A stretch of 57,135 nucleotides of DNA, the filler included, from Sphacelaria rigidula (taxonomy: Eukaryota): assembly GCA_964200075.2 (NCBI GenBank). It is 6 parts of 6 records of this genome, joined end to end, with 100 filler letters (N's around TTAATTAATTAA, not from the genome) between each part and the next. Parts side by side here need not be neighbours in the genome. Positions count along the whole stretch, not along the records: positions 28,620 to 38,058 come from CAXNAA020008498.1; positions 38,159 to 47,597 come from CAXNAA020008499.1; 4 more parts are not named here. One strand, written 5' to 3'. The notes under the pieces are model-generated. The model was not told where the DNA came from, searched no databases, and was given only the letters and a program-made list of their open reading frames with translations. Every line of letters starts with the position of its first letter. The stretch's first letter is position 1. The translations under genes were made by a program, and so were the position numbers. Shown here in pieces: positions 36,420-47,697 of the stretch.

Positions 36420-38058
36420 CCAGTGCATGCACGCATTTCTCCTTCAAGTGCAATACCTAGATGTCTAGCAGTATGGCTCAACAGCTGCTCATGAGCATGA
36501 CCGTAGACACAGTGAAACAGGTTAATATTCATACTTTTTACAGGAGGAGGGCTCAAGGTCATAATTGCTGGTAATACGGAAGCATCCAATTGCTCCCCGA
36601 ATCGATATGCTGTGTCCACTAACATGCCGTCCTGGTTCGTTAACATCACACGTCCGTTGAATGCAATCATTACACCGTCTGGACCTCCCAACTGGTTCCA
36701 ACTCTCCTCGTCAAATTCCGCACGAGGCGAAAACAGGTTGTATCCTAGATCACGAGCATACAGTACGTCTTTCATTCTGCTACATACTCGTTCTCCTCTG
36801 CCATGAAGACTACTATCAGATTATCCTTCAGCGAAACGTCACACGTCACGCCGCCTATGCCACCAACACTAGAAGATACTTGTGTAAGATCCTTGATGCA
36901 TCGCAATGAATCTATCAAACGATAGCGAGCATCAGTATCACCGTACCACTCTTCAGAGCCCTAGAAATATCAGCAGCCAATGACTTCAAGCGTGAAAGCT
37001 CACCACTGTCTTTCTTCGACTCGGCTTCGTCTTCCTCGTTCGGAGCCCTAATTACGCGAGCTTTGCAGTCCCGAATCCTGGGTGGAATATCCCACCGGAA
37101 GCACTCCGGTAATTCCTTCCCGACGTTTTCAGCTTTCGCGGAGTTACTCGTATCATTATCACGTGTCGGCTTCCTAGCTTTACCCTTGTCTCCCCCCCTC
37201 CCTCCTGGCTTTCCCAACTAGAGCTTGCCGGGTCGATTTGGCAATTTTGACCTGTTTAGAGAAACTTAGGTAAGCATTTCGCACGTGTTTTTCTATCGCT
37301 TCTCTATAACGCGGAAAAGGAATGATCATAGCACTTCTGACCATTTCGTACTCACTTGTGAGTCCACGCAACATGAGGGAACAAACAGCTCTCTCTTCCT
37401 TCTCTACCCCAAGCATAAGTAGAACGCTCAAAACTTCACTGAGCTTTAGAAGAAATACGTGCGGATCTTCCCCTTGTTTCATCTTCAACCCGTTGAGCTG
37501 GTGCTCATACAGGTTAATATTTGCGTCGGCGGGGGGCAAAAAGTGATTATTCATTACACGCCACGCTTTACTGGGGGAGATTGCGTTGCTAATCATTGCT
37601 CTTACACCTTTGCATGTTATACAATCGTCCAGATGCCACCAACCAGCCCGTGCTTACTTGATTTGGCTTACCGTAAAGCCCTGCTCAACCAAAGATGCTC
37701 AAACTATCCCAGCATCAGCAACTGGAATACCATCGATAGTGATGTACGGTTCATACAATTCACGTTGCCTGGCATGTATAGAAAAAAGATCTTTTCATAA
37801 TGGGAATTCCGTCGCAGTCCCATCGAATTTCAAACCAGTAGGTAATCGAATACCTCTAATCCCGGAAGACGACACGTCACCTGTGCTTGCATTACTACCA
37901 CCACCAGAACTCGATCCAAACACCTCTAACTTTACCCACCATTCAGCAGTACCAACCAACAACAAATTGTGAGAATTGAGGTTTAACTTCGAGATGAGGC
38001 TCAAGCCTGAAACAGTGCTTTCCCCACACTTTCAGCGATGGTGCCCAGTGACGTTTTT

Positions 38059-38158
38059 NNNNNNNNNNNNNNNNNNNNNNNNNNNNNNNNNNNNNNNNNN
38101 NNTTAATTAATTAANNNNNNNNNNNNNNNNNNNNNNNNNNNNNNNNNNNNNNNNNNNN
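38059..38158. other. Artificial contig spacer
   Basis: N-run with TTAATTAATTAA. Confidence 0.97.
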
Positions 38159-38480
38159 AGTGCACCGACGGAGATGTCAAAGGTCGTAGCTGCAGCACGG
38201 AAGCTAGGACGACCGCTGTGTACCGCTTATACGGCCTGTGCTGCACGTTCTGCTCTCTGCATGCTTAGCAGCCGATCGACCAAAAAGCTGATTTTGGAGG
38301 ATGACATATACGCGCTTACTCGCAGTGCTGTAAGACTACGTAATCGAATGCTTGAGACACATACGATAGCTCAAACAAAGAGCCGTGCTCTTGTGCACAC
38401 GCAGAAAAAAACAGAACGGAAAACGGTTAATATTTCGCGGAGGTATGAACGATTGAAAAAACTTGTATCTTAATTGGCTC
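38159..38480 (-). mobile_element. Second, diverged 5' remnant of the same pogo/Fot1-like family
   Basis: Reverse-complement match to 32085-32400 (cttagcagccgatcgacca, tgtgcacacgcag, aatatttcgcggag); minus translation ERAAQAV*AVHSGRPSFRAAATTFDISVGAL. Confidence 0.75.
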
Positions 38481-41400
38481 TGTATCTTAATTGGAACATT
38501 TCCCTCTAATGTCGACACTGGGTCTAGTCCGCTCAGTCCAACTGGCTCGTCCTTGCGCGGGAAGACTACTAGTTGGGGGAACGAGGGAAAAACGTTCCCA
38601 CCGGATAAGAATTGTGGTGCCGATGGAACACTGAAATCCAACGTAAGGACTGATCATCCGAGGGAAGGAAATTCGAAGGTTGGAAAGACATCACAATCCT
38701 GTACAGATCAGAGTGTCAGCCAGTCTGTAGGAATTTTAATGCAGACGGGTGCAAGTGGGGTCTTAGCGTGGAAATCTTGTAAGACATTTCAGTCTGGCCG
38801 TCGGAATAGTGCATTGATTGGGGGTAGCTCCCCTAGTTGCGCACAAACTCTAAGCGATATTTTATGTGAAAGTAAAACATGGAGTGCAAATGCAGGCAGC
38901 CGAGATGAATTACTCGAACCGTCGGTTGTAGCTAGGGTATTGGATGGACCCGATGCGGTTGTACAGTCGCAGAGTAATGAGCACCCAGTAGGAAAAGTAA
39001 GCATCTAGGGTGAGGCAGGTGAACCGCGTGATCGAGTTAGCACTGAACGTAGCCCTCGATGCCCATTTGGACCGGGGAACACACGCAGAGATCGTACCGC
39101 CGTAGGTTCTACCGTGCGAGACAAAACGACTCGCATCGGCAGGAACAACAGTAATAGTAGGGACCTGGTTGGTCGAAGTGACATTACCCCCGCTGAAACT
39201 AAATCTTCGACGACTCAGGGCAAACCTGCCCGCAGCAGCCGGGGAAAATAGTAATGCTCCGGTAGGGGAAAAAGTAAATTATCCCGCTGTCCCGCCCAGA
39301 TTTCCACTGTGCATGAAGAGATAAAACGCACCAGTTCGACAATCAGTAGCATTGAAGTGGGTGAAGGTGACATTTCTCCGACCAGAGATCACGATGTTCG
39401 TAGCTCAAGAGCTCACAACAGTCGGGACAACAGTAATGAGAATCAGGGGGGATCAAGCTTGGCTGTTCCTACTCTCGATCTGGCAACCGTACACGAAACT
39501 GGATCGTCTGACAATGGTAACGATGTGCAGGCATGCATGACTATTGATTTCCCCGATAGAACCGTTCGAGAATCCCAGGATATTTCACGACAAACAGATC
39601 GTGATGAATCTTCGTGTTACGTAGTGCGTAGGGTAGCTGTAGAAAAAGGTAACAAACCAAGGGGGACCCCAGCAGGAAGTATTTATGTATTGGACCCCCG
39701 AACTGGCAGTCGTTTGCCTACCGGACCAGTCTCCGCCCGCGTACCAGCGACAATATTTAGTCAGGTAGCGCGAGGAAAGAAAGGTCGTTACTTGGAAGAA
39801 ATTAACCAAGTAAAGGGGAGGGGAGGTGAGTTTGAACCGCAAAGAAAGTTCGACCTTGGCGCAAATATTCTCTGGCCCAAAGGCAACTGGAACATTGAAG
39901 GTAAAGGCTTTGGTGGACACAGGGAGCCCGGCGACGTTTATTCATTACTCAGTATGGAAAAAAATGGTTGACGTTGGGGCAGCCACTTTTGAAGGCGTCC
40001 GAGAGACAGACCCGGTATCCTGGGGTGGTTTTAATGGTGTCCCGTTGTGTACTTCTTCACAGGTGTGGTTGAATTTCAGACTGTGGCCTAGAAGACCCAA
40101 CCCACGAATGTCCGTTCAGAACGGACGAACATGTTTAGCAATTCACGCCCATGTGGGTACCTGATGGAACAATGAATTATGACATTCTAGTAGGACGTGA
40201 TGCCCTTGGACTATTTCTTTGCCTTGGACTATTTCTTGGCCTTGGACTATTTCCGGTCAGAACGTATCGTGATGTAAACCGACGCGAAACAGTCATGACC
40301 TTGCGAGGAAACAACATTGACTCTGTTAGTCGTGTGTTTGCGGAACAAGTCCGCAATGCTGTTGGTTTCGTTGAACCGACCTCTTCAACAGCTCAAGTTC
40401 CAGTAGTGTACAATGGGTCTCATGATATGATACGACCGGATACATTGTCATGGATTCCGGTAAAACTATGTAACACGGACGGAACGCCCACCGAAAGTGG
40501 CTGTTATTATGTATATCTCTGGATCCAGATTGGTCCCCACATGAGATTATCGTAGAAGCAGGTGAATCCATTATCCCTCTCCGTTATACCGGACTAGAAG
40601 GACAGATGTTGCATCCGAACACCACCCTAGGTTCAGCAGGGGCACCTTTGGTACCATACTCTCTGGAAGACGTTAAGATTTCTGAAACAAAGAATCTGAA
40701 ACCTGAGGAGATATTCACGGTTGACCAAAATTTAGAGGAACCTCCAGTAATGGCAGGTTTGACAAATGAACAACAACGAGCAGTCAAAGCTATGTGGGTG
40801 TAGCTTCCCGTACATATGCGAAAAATGAAGTTCGGGTTGGAAGTCGCACATTGGCCAGTTGAGGACATTGAAAATTTGGGGGAACTTTTGTGCAAATATT
40901 CACATCGATTTTTAAAGGACAAGATGGATTCGGGGTATTGCACGGTGGATCTGTTTAGGATTGAACTCAAACCGGGGACAAGGCCTGTCAAACAGCGCCC
41001 ATATCGTCACAACCCGGCGGTTCAAAAAAAGGTACAGGTGAAAATTGAACGTGGTTGTGAACAAAGCGGATAGCGGATGGGTCCATTCGAATTACGTGCA
41101 ACTACAAGAAGCTAAATGATGGTACAATAATTCCGGTGTTGCCCATTCCGATTATTGAGGAACTGTTGGATGGATTAGGGGGTGCCACAATATTTTCATG
41201 TTGGACATCACCTCGGGTTACTTTAATGTGGCTATACATCAAGACTCAATCCCGTTAACGGCGATTTGTACGCAAAGTGGTCTCTATGAATGGTTAGTTA
41301 TGCCGATGGGGTGCAGTGGAAGTCCAGGTTGGTTTCAGGAAATCATGGCGAGAATATGTGATGGGTTGGAACGATGCCGTCTATATATCGATGATGTGTG

Positions 41401-41973
41401 TACGTTCAGCGGAACAGGTAAACAACATGTAGATGACTTGGAGGGTCTTTTTCAACGATTGACCAAGTACAACCTCAAGTTGGCACCGAAAAAAGCACAT
41501 GTTGGGATGAAAGAAACAAAATTTCTGGGACGTCACATATCGGCTGAGGGAATTTCTCCTGATCAGGACAAGGTGCAGGTTTTAATCAAAATGCCAGTGC
41601 CAGCCGATGTATCTCAGCTCAGACCGCTTTTGGGAGGTTTGGGGTACTACCGTAAATTTATTCCGAGAATGGCTGCAAGGCTAGAACCTCTCACACAATT
41701 GTTGAAGAAGGGGGTTAAGTTTCAGTTTACTCAAGAACACGGAACGATAGCCAAGGAGATGTTATCATCCTTGACCGGTACGAACGTTTTAGCATTTTCG
41801 AACTACGAAGATGCAGCGTTGGGAAAACGCCCATTTATGCTCACAACAGATGCATCTCTGGATGGTCTGGGCGCGGTGGTGGAACAACGCCAAGAGGATA
41901 ACACAGTTCGACCTCTTATTTTTCTTAGTCGAGGAACACTCCCCGACGAAAGAAATTGGAGTGTGTCCGAATT

Positions 41974-42103
41974 AGAGGCAGCGGCTATTGTGTGGGCTAT
42001 CAAAAAGAACAGACGACGACTCTACGGAGTGCCGTTTGAGAGGCAGCGGCTATTGTGTGGGCTATCAAAAAGAACAGACGACTACTCTACGGAGTGCCGT
42101 TTG
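41974..42103 (+). repeat. 65-bp tandem duplication frameshifting Gypsy 1 RNase H
   Basis: agaggcagcggctattgtgtgggctatcaaaaagaacagacgac.actctacggagtgccgtttg at 41974 and 42039. Confidence 0.95.
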
Positions 42104-44048
42104 AAATCTATGCTGATCACCAACCTTTGCGAAATTTATTGAGCCTTGCAGAAAAGGTTCCGAGAGTTCAGCGCTGGCACGACTTTTTAAGTGCGTACAC
42201 TTATGAAATTAAGTACAAGCCAGGACGCGTGAACGCGAATGCGGATATGTTGTCTCGGTTACCACAGCCGCCGGATGATAATGATATGTCTGGGGATGCC
42301 CGAATAACGGACCCGGACGACATGGATGTCTATTTTATTGACGTTGGTGGAATATCGCCGAGAATTATAAAAAGCTCGACCAGGGGTGGACATGTAGGGT
42401 CGGTTGTGAGTACCCACGATTCAAACTTGAATGGGCTAGACCCTGGATCGGTTTTTAAAATTGGGGAAAAAGAAGTAAGTGCAGTACCGCTCACGACCTC
42501 TGAAAAAGCTGACCTAAAATGGATCGAGCTACAAGGAGCGAGGAATAGTACTAGAGCACAGGTGGAAAGTGGAAAAGTGAACAAGTCTTCGTACGTGGTA
42601 CAGGATGACACACCATTAATTGCTCCACAGATTAGTGACATGATCAGAGAACAATGGGAACAAGGATTGACTTTGGATGAATGTCCGATCACGGAAATTG
42701 GGAGAAGACTGCTACAACCTCAAGAACATAGAGCGGTATTAGTCATTGAACCCACGACCAATGAAGGAAGTAGTAGTGCGGGGCCATTAACAACGGTACC
42801 ACCGACTCTGGAAGCAGAAGAAGCCTGTCATTTTGGGGAACGTTTATGTCAGAAATCGGCAAACGATTGGGCGCGAATACAGCAGGAAGATCTCACGTCG
42901 AGAACAGTAATCGAATAGTTGAACAAACGAGTGACGGTGTTGACGAAGGATAAAAAAAAGGGGGTCCCACACGAATTGACCTATCCGAGTTCAACAGATG
43001 ACTGAAACAGGGAACACTTTTAGAAATATCAGACGGAGGTTTATTATTAGTAAAAAAGCAGACACCAATGCCCAGTCAACTGGACCGAAACCCGGGACAA
43101 TTTGAGAGGTATTTGGGAGAAGAGCCAACCAGAACGTATGTGCCACTGCTTTTGAGACCTTGGGTAATGGATCAAACTCACGAAGAAGCAATTCATTTGG
43201 GGGGAGGTATCACGTTATCTTTGTTGAAGCGATATTACTGGTGGATTGGGATGAAGGACAGTGTTAAATTCTGGATCAGGAGATGTTGTACATGTCAAGC
43301 TCGGAAAAATCCAAGAGATACAGTAAGGTGGCCACTTATTTCCTTACCACTGCCGAGGCAACCAGGGCAAATGGTTTCGCTTGATTTGTTGGGCCCGTTA
43401 TCAAAATCAACGAAGGGGAATACATACATTCTTTTGATGGTAGATCTGTTTGGTAGACATGCGGAAGCGTATGCTCCTACCAAAGAAGAAAAACAGCGGA
43501 GGGTTGTGCGAATATTCTAGCGCATGACTACATCCCGAGATGGGGATATTCTCACACGTTATTGTCGGATCGAGGAACAGAATTTACAGCAAAAGTGGCA
43601 AGGATAGTCTATGAGATGTTGGGAGCCGTAAAACGATACACGAGCGCGTATCATCCACAAACTAACGGGATGGTGGAGCGACTGAACCACACGCTATGTC
43701 AGATGTTGTCGTACCTAGTGGCAGATGACCAGAAAGACTGGGATAAGCTATTGTTACACGCAATTTCTGCACACAACAACAATGTAAGTAGAGGAATAGG
43801 GTTAGCGCCGAACGAGGTGCATATCGGGAGATATCCAAGGTTACCCATGACCATCCTAGAAAGAAGAGGTGTGGTAGGACACCAAGGCCTGAACGCAGAC
43901 CAACTCGAATATTTGCAGTTGATGAAGGATCGTCAAACCAAAGCATACGATCTTGTAAGACAAGAGGACTTTCTGATAAACTCCAAACACGAGGCAAATA
44001 ATGAGCAGGTGGAAGAAGCTCTAAATCGAAAGCCAAAGTGGGAGATAG

Positions 44049-44259
44049 TGTAATGCGTGAGAGGACCGCGTGCTTAGAGGACCGCGCCGTAGTTCGAAAC
44101 ACCTCAGGATCGACGTTTTTCAAAACCAATCGCGTCAGTCCCTGCAGGTACCACGCCCCTGACCCTCACCCCAACACTAACCTCAACCCTCACTCTAACC
44201 ATAGGGACTTTCAAATTCCGATGCGGTCCTCTAAGCACCCGGGCCTCTCACGCATTACA
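44049..44259 (+). mobile_element. MITE family B, copy 2, inserted in Gypsy 1 integrase
   Basis: TGTAATGCGTGAGAGG...CCTCTCACGCATTACA; 5-bp TSD GATAG/GAGAG; removal restores KPKWEIGN*VFLYD. Confidence 0.88.
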
Positions 44260-47200
44260 GAGAGGCAATTAGGTTTTTTTGTATGACACCAAGGGTACTA
44301 TCATGTCAGGGGGAACTGCGGTACGCGAAGGGGGGAAACAGCCTTATCGTCGAAACTATCGCATTCTTGGCGAGGGCCGTATAAAATCTTGGTGGTGAGA
44401 CCAGGTATTTCGGAAAAGGGTGAGCTGGTGGGAGAAAAACAACTGTTGCTTGAACTCCGGAAAAATGAGCCAGGTTAATCATGAGTCCCCGAGTCTCTGT
44501 GTTGAGATGTAAGCGGTGCTTCAATGCAAAAGATCAACCGGAGCCGCCGAAGTCTCTACCCTGGGGTTTAAGTCAGTATGTGTTGAATCAATATTCGGAA
44601 CTATCACCTCCGTTACATCTAACCGAGGAAGATGTGTCGATACAGCTGGACACGTACAGGCTGAAACCCACAAAGAGTGTTAGTCACCGTGTATCTCGTG
44701 GTTTGGGAGGGAAACTCTCAGTTTAGTATCTATTATATTGAGATAATTTGGAGAGGCCCAGGTGGAAACATGAGGAGGACATAAAACAATATGGACGGGT
44801 AATTTTGACGTACTGGATGGGAAATCCCAGAATGGAGAAGCCAGACAACTCGAAGTACCGAGAATACCGCATACATTTGGCAAGACGAGCGGAGGCTAGA
44901 GAACGGGGAGAAATGTTTGTGGCTCAAGGCTATGAGTTGAGGAGCAATGTCACTGCTGGTCCTCATGTGTATGACTCGCAAATTGTCGGTTGTTCTATAT
45001 ATTTTCGAATGCAGTCGGCAGGATGGCTGCTTGCCCAGGTGATGGGACTTCAAGAGGATGCGGCGATACAGAGGCGCCCGCACACTTTGAGGATGTTGGA
45101 TCTGGGGAAGAGGTACAACGCTCACTTTTCACTGGAGAATTTGAACGCATCGAGGAATCAAGCGGGGGTTGGTGCTGGCATGTTCATGTGCAGCGCGGGA
45201 CTTCAAAATTCTTTGCACACACACTGTAGCTGGAACGCTGGAGGAGACCATCGACTATCATCGGAATTGAAGACGGATATCACAAGATTCTAGATAATTG
45301 GGGGTGGTTTTGGCATCGGTACACGACGACGAGAAGGAGATGAAGCTGCTCCAGGAGAACGATGAAATGGCTAGACTAATTTTCTTACCTTAGTTGGAGT
45401 GTTTTTCTTTGTTTTACTTTGAAGTTGACTGTTAGAATCATCGTGTAGGTTAAACACGGGCAGTACCTTTGAAGAAGGGGACCGATTTGTGGAGTATTGG
45501 GGAAAGAAATCAGGGTAAAGTAGTAAATGTACATGTTCTGAAAGTTTATTTTGTAGTACTCAAGGATTTGGGACAGCTGGTTTGAGTATCAGTTGGAAAT
45601 ATTGAGGCTCACCAGAGTTCTGGCGTTTTCAATTAGTTTGTTCACCGAATTTATCTGAACAAAATATGAAATTTAAGTTCACAGAATGGGCTGATGTGGT
45701 GAGCCAAGCTCTCGGAGGCTTTATGGTTTTGAACTGAAGCAGTTCTAGTTTGAAAATATGAATGTTTGCATCGGGGAATCGCGGTAAAACATATAATAAT
45801 CCTTGTCAGGGGTACAGAAATGGTTTTGTGGTGTTTGAAGGCTCAGCGAGCATTATCCTGGCTACGAGCCACAAGCACGCTGACGTATTCTATGTTGAAG
45901 TAGTAAAAGTAAGAAGAAACTTGCATTCCGGATCGGAAGGTCAGAGCAGAAGAGGGATGTTGAAGGGTAGATTCACGAAAAATAGGGCGTCATTCTATCA
46001 TGTTTTGGACTTCGTACAGCATAAACCAGCTGTTGAGTGTGTTTGACGACTGAAGAGTGGATTATTTTAGAGTTAATATCACAGGTTAGGTGGGCAAGTA
46101 CGATTGAAGAGATGGAGGGACACAGAGGTGACGACCGAAAGGTTTTCGGTCTTCACCCCCGCGAGTCACTCTTTCATTTTACGGTCCTTGGTTCCTGGTT
46201 CGAAGATTGGTTTTGCGTACTTTTTTTGGTATTATAGTGCAGCGACATCGGCTGAGCCGTAACTCACGTTACTGCAGTTACGAGTGGGCTGCCAATTCGT
46301 TCAACACATGCTAGGTCGCCTATTGTTCCAACTGTAAACGGTCAAATTTTTGGCGGTCGATTAACCGCTTGTCGGTTATCCCATATAACACTGCGTTCCT
46401 ATCTTGAGACCTGACCCGTTGGGCACATGAACATTATACTTTCGTATGGTTGGTAATATGTTGTTCGAGATGGTATGATGTTACTTTGTTCCGCCGTGGT
46501 CAGTGGGGTATACCAACGTTGTACTAGTTGAATTGGGGTACTTTGATTACCCCTTATGGCATAGTGCTACTACTGTTTGTTGAGCCGTTGTCCTCTCGGT
46601 ATATATGTGGCTTCTTTGATCCATCGCTTGCCGGCTATCCCATATAACACTGTGTTTTGTGTTCCTGTTTTTGTGGAGACCAACAAAAGGACTATGTGCT
46701 CATGGTTGTGTTTTTGTAGAACCGAACCGTACGAGTGTGTTTTTGTGTTACAGCCATGTGCGGACAGCTAGAGTAGGCCAATGTTATCGTACAACTGCCG
46801 TGAGGATTCTATTAGAGCGGGCAGTATCGGCTGTACCACAAGTTACCCAATAACATAGCACCAGTAGACCTTGTCATAGTATATGTTTTTTGTGATGCAA
46901 TACCCGCCAACCTAGCCAAATCACGTGACATGGGATATTCATGCACGTCATTTTCGTTCTGAAAAAAGGCGGGGAAGCATGTAACATGATTGAATACCGG
47001 TACATTACTACTGCTTGCTACGGTCGCTTCTTATGGCAAACAAAAATTCAAATCTGGAAAAAAAAAACCTTTTGGATCTTCTGCGTCGTTTTACGCTCTG
47101 TCATTTTTCTGGGCTGTAGACCGGTCTCCGAGAAAAATCAGGGGTCTCCGAGAAAAATGCGTGTTTCGCCAAAACAGTATCTGCGCAAAGGTAGCGCTTT

Positions 47201-47597
47201 GGCTTGTCGGACCCCGCTGTCACACATATTTCGTTTTTGGACAAGAGATCTGAAAGTTCTCTTCGATTTGTATTTGTGGTGTATTTCACACCCTGGACAA
47301 TAGACATGGTAATGGTCTATTGCTGCACTAATAGCTACGGTGATGATCATATTGATATCTATTGTGGAGAACAATGACTCCAACAGATATTTGTCCATAT
47401 CCATTGCTGGAAACAATGTCCTAGGTGATATTTTCATCGATATATATCTCCACTGGCAATGATGTGTGACATATTACACCGATGGGCACTTGTCGGTAAC
47501 GATAAATTTTGGTTCATGCCACCGATACACATCGTGCATGGAAATGGACAATGAAAAGTTCATGTCAATACACATGGTTCTTTGCCATAGATTCCGC

Positions 47598-47697
47598 NNN
47601 NNNNNNNNNNNNNNNNNNNNNNNNNNNNNNNNNNNNNNNNNTTAATTAATTAANNNNNNNNNNNNNNNNNNNNNNNNNNNNNNNNNNNNNNNNNNNN
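47598..47697. other. Artificial contig spacer
   Basis: N-run with TTAATTAATTAA. Confidence 0.97.

Larger units (their letters stand above)
33130..38000 (-). mobile_element. Decayed Ty1/Copia LTR retrotransposon (gag, PR, INT, RT, RH)
   Basis: gag (SKAWRVMNNHF...LKMKQGEDP...LRGLTSEY, 37180-37596); KDVLYARDLGYNLFS; HCVYGH...C..C; integrase DDYSRESWLY...RSNDGGEF; RT AKWVSK...KAKARLVPKGFSQRHEIDFLEVFAP; RPDISNAV; RNase H EDNEGTI...SKHID...HADILTKAL; purine-rich PPT-like tract near 33135. Domain order is Copia-type. Confidence 0.95.
38500..45300 (+). mobile_element. Decayed Ty3/Gypsy LTR retrotransposon 1 (PR, RT, RH, INT, chromo-like and additional C-terminal domain)
   Basis: Protease KALVDTGSPATFI (about 39900); RT PVKQRPYR, LDITSGYF, MPMG, YIDD; RH TTDASLDGLGAV...ELEAAAIVWA; integrase YYWWIGMKDSVKFWIRRCCTCQ, DLLGP, SDRGTEF, YHPQTNGMVERLN; several frameshifts and stops. 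5' boundary approximate. Confidence 0.95.

Noticed and set aside
32060-38480. One large composite transposon whose long TIRs enclose the Copia element
   Set aside because: Both matches are 5' ends with transposase N-termini and they lie on different contigs across an artificial spacer.
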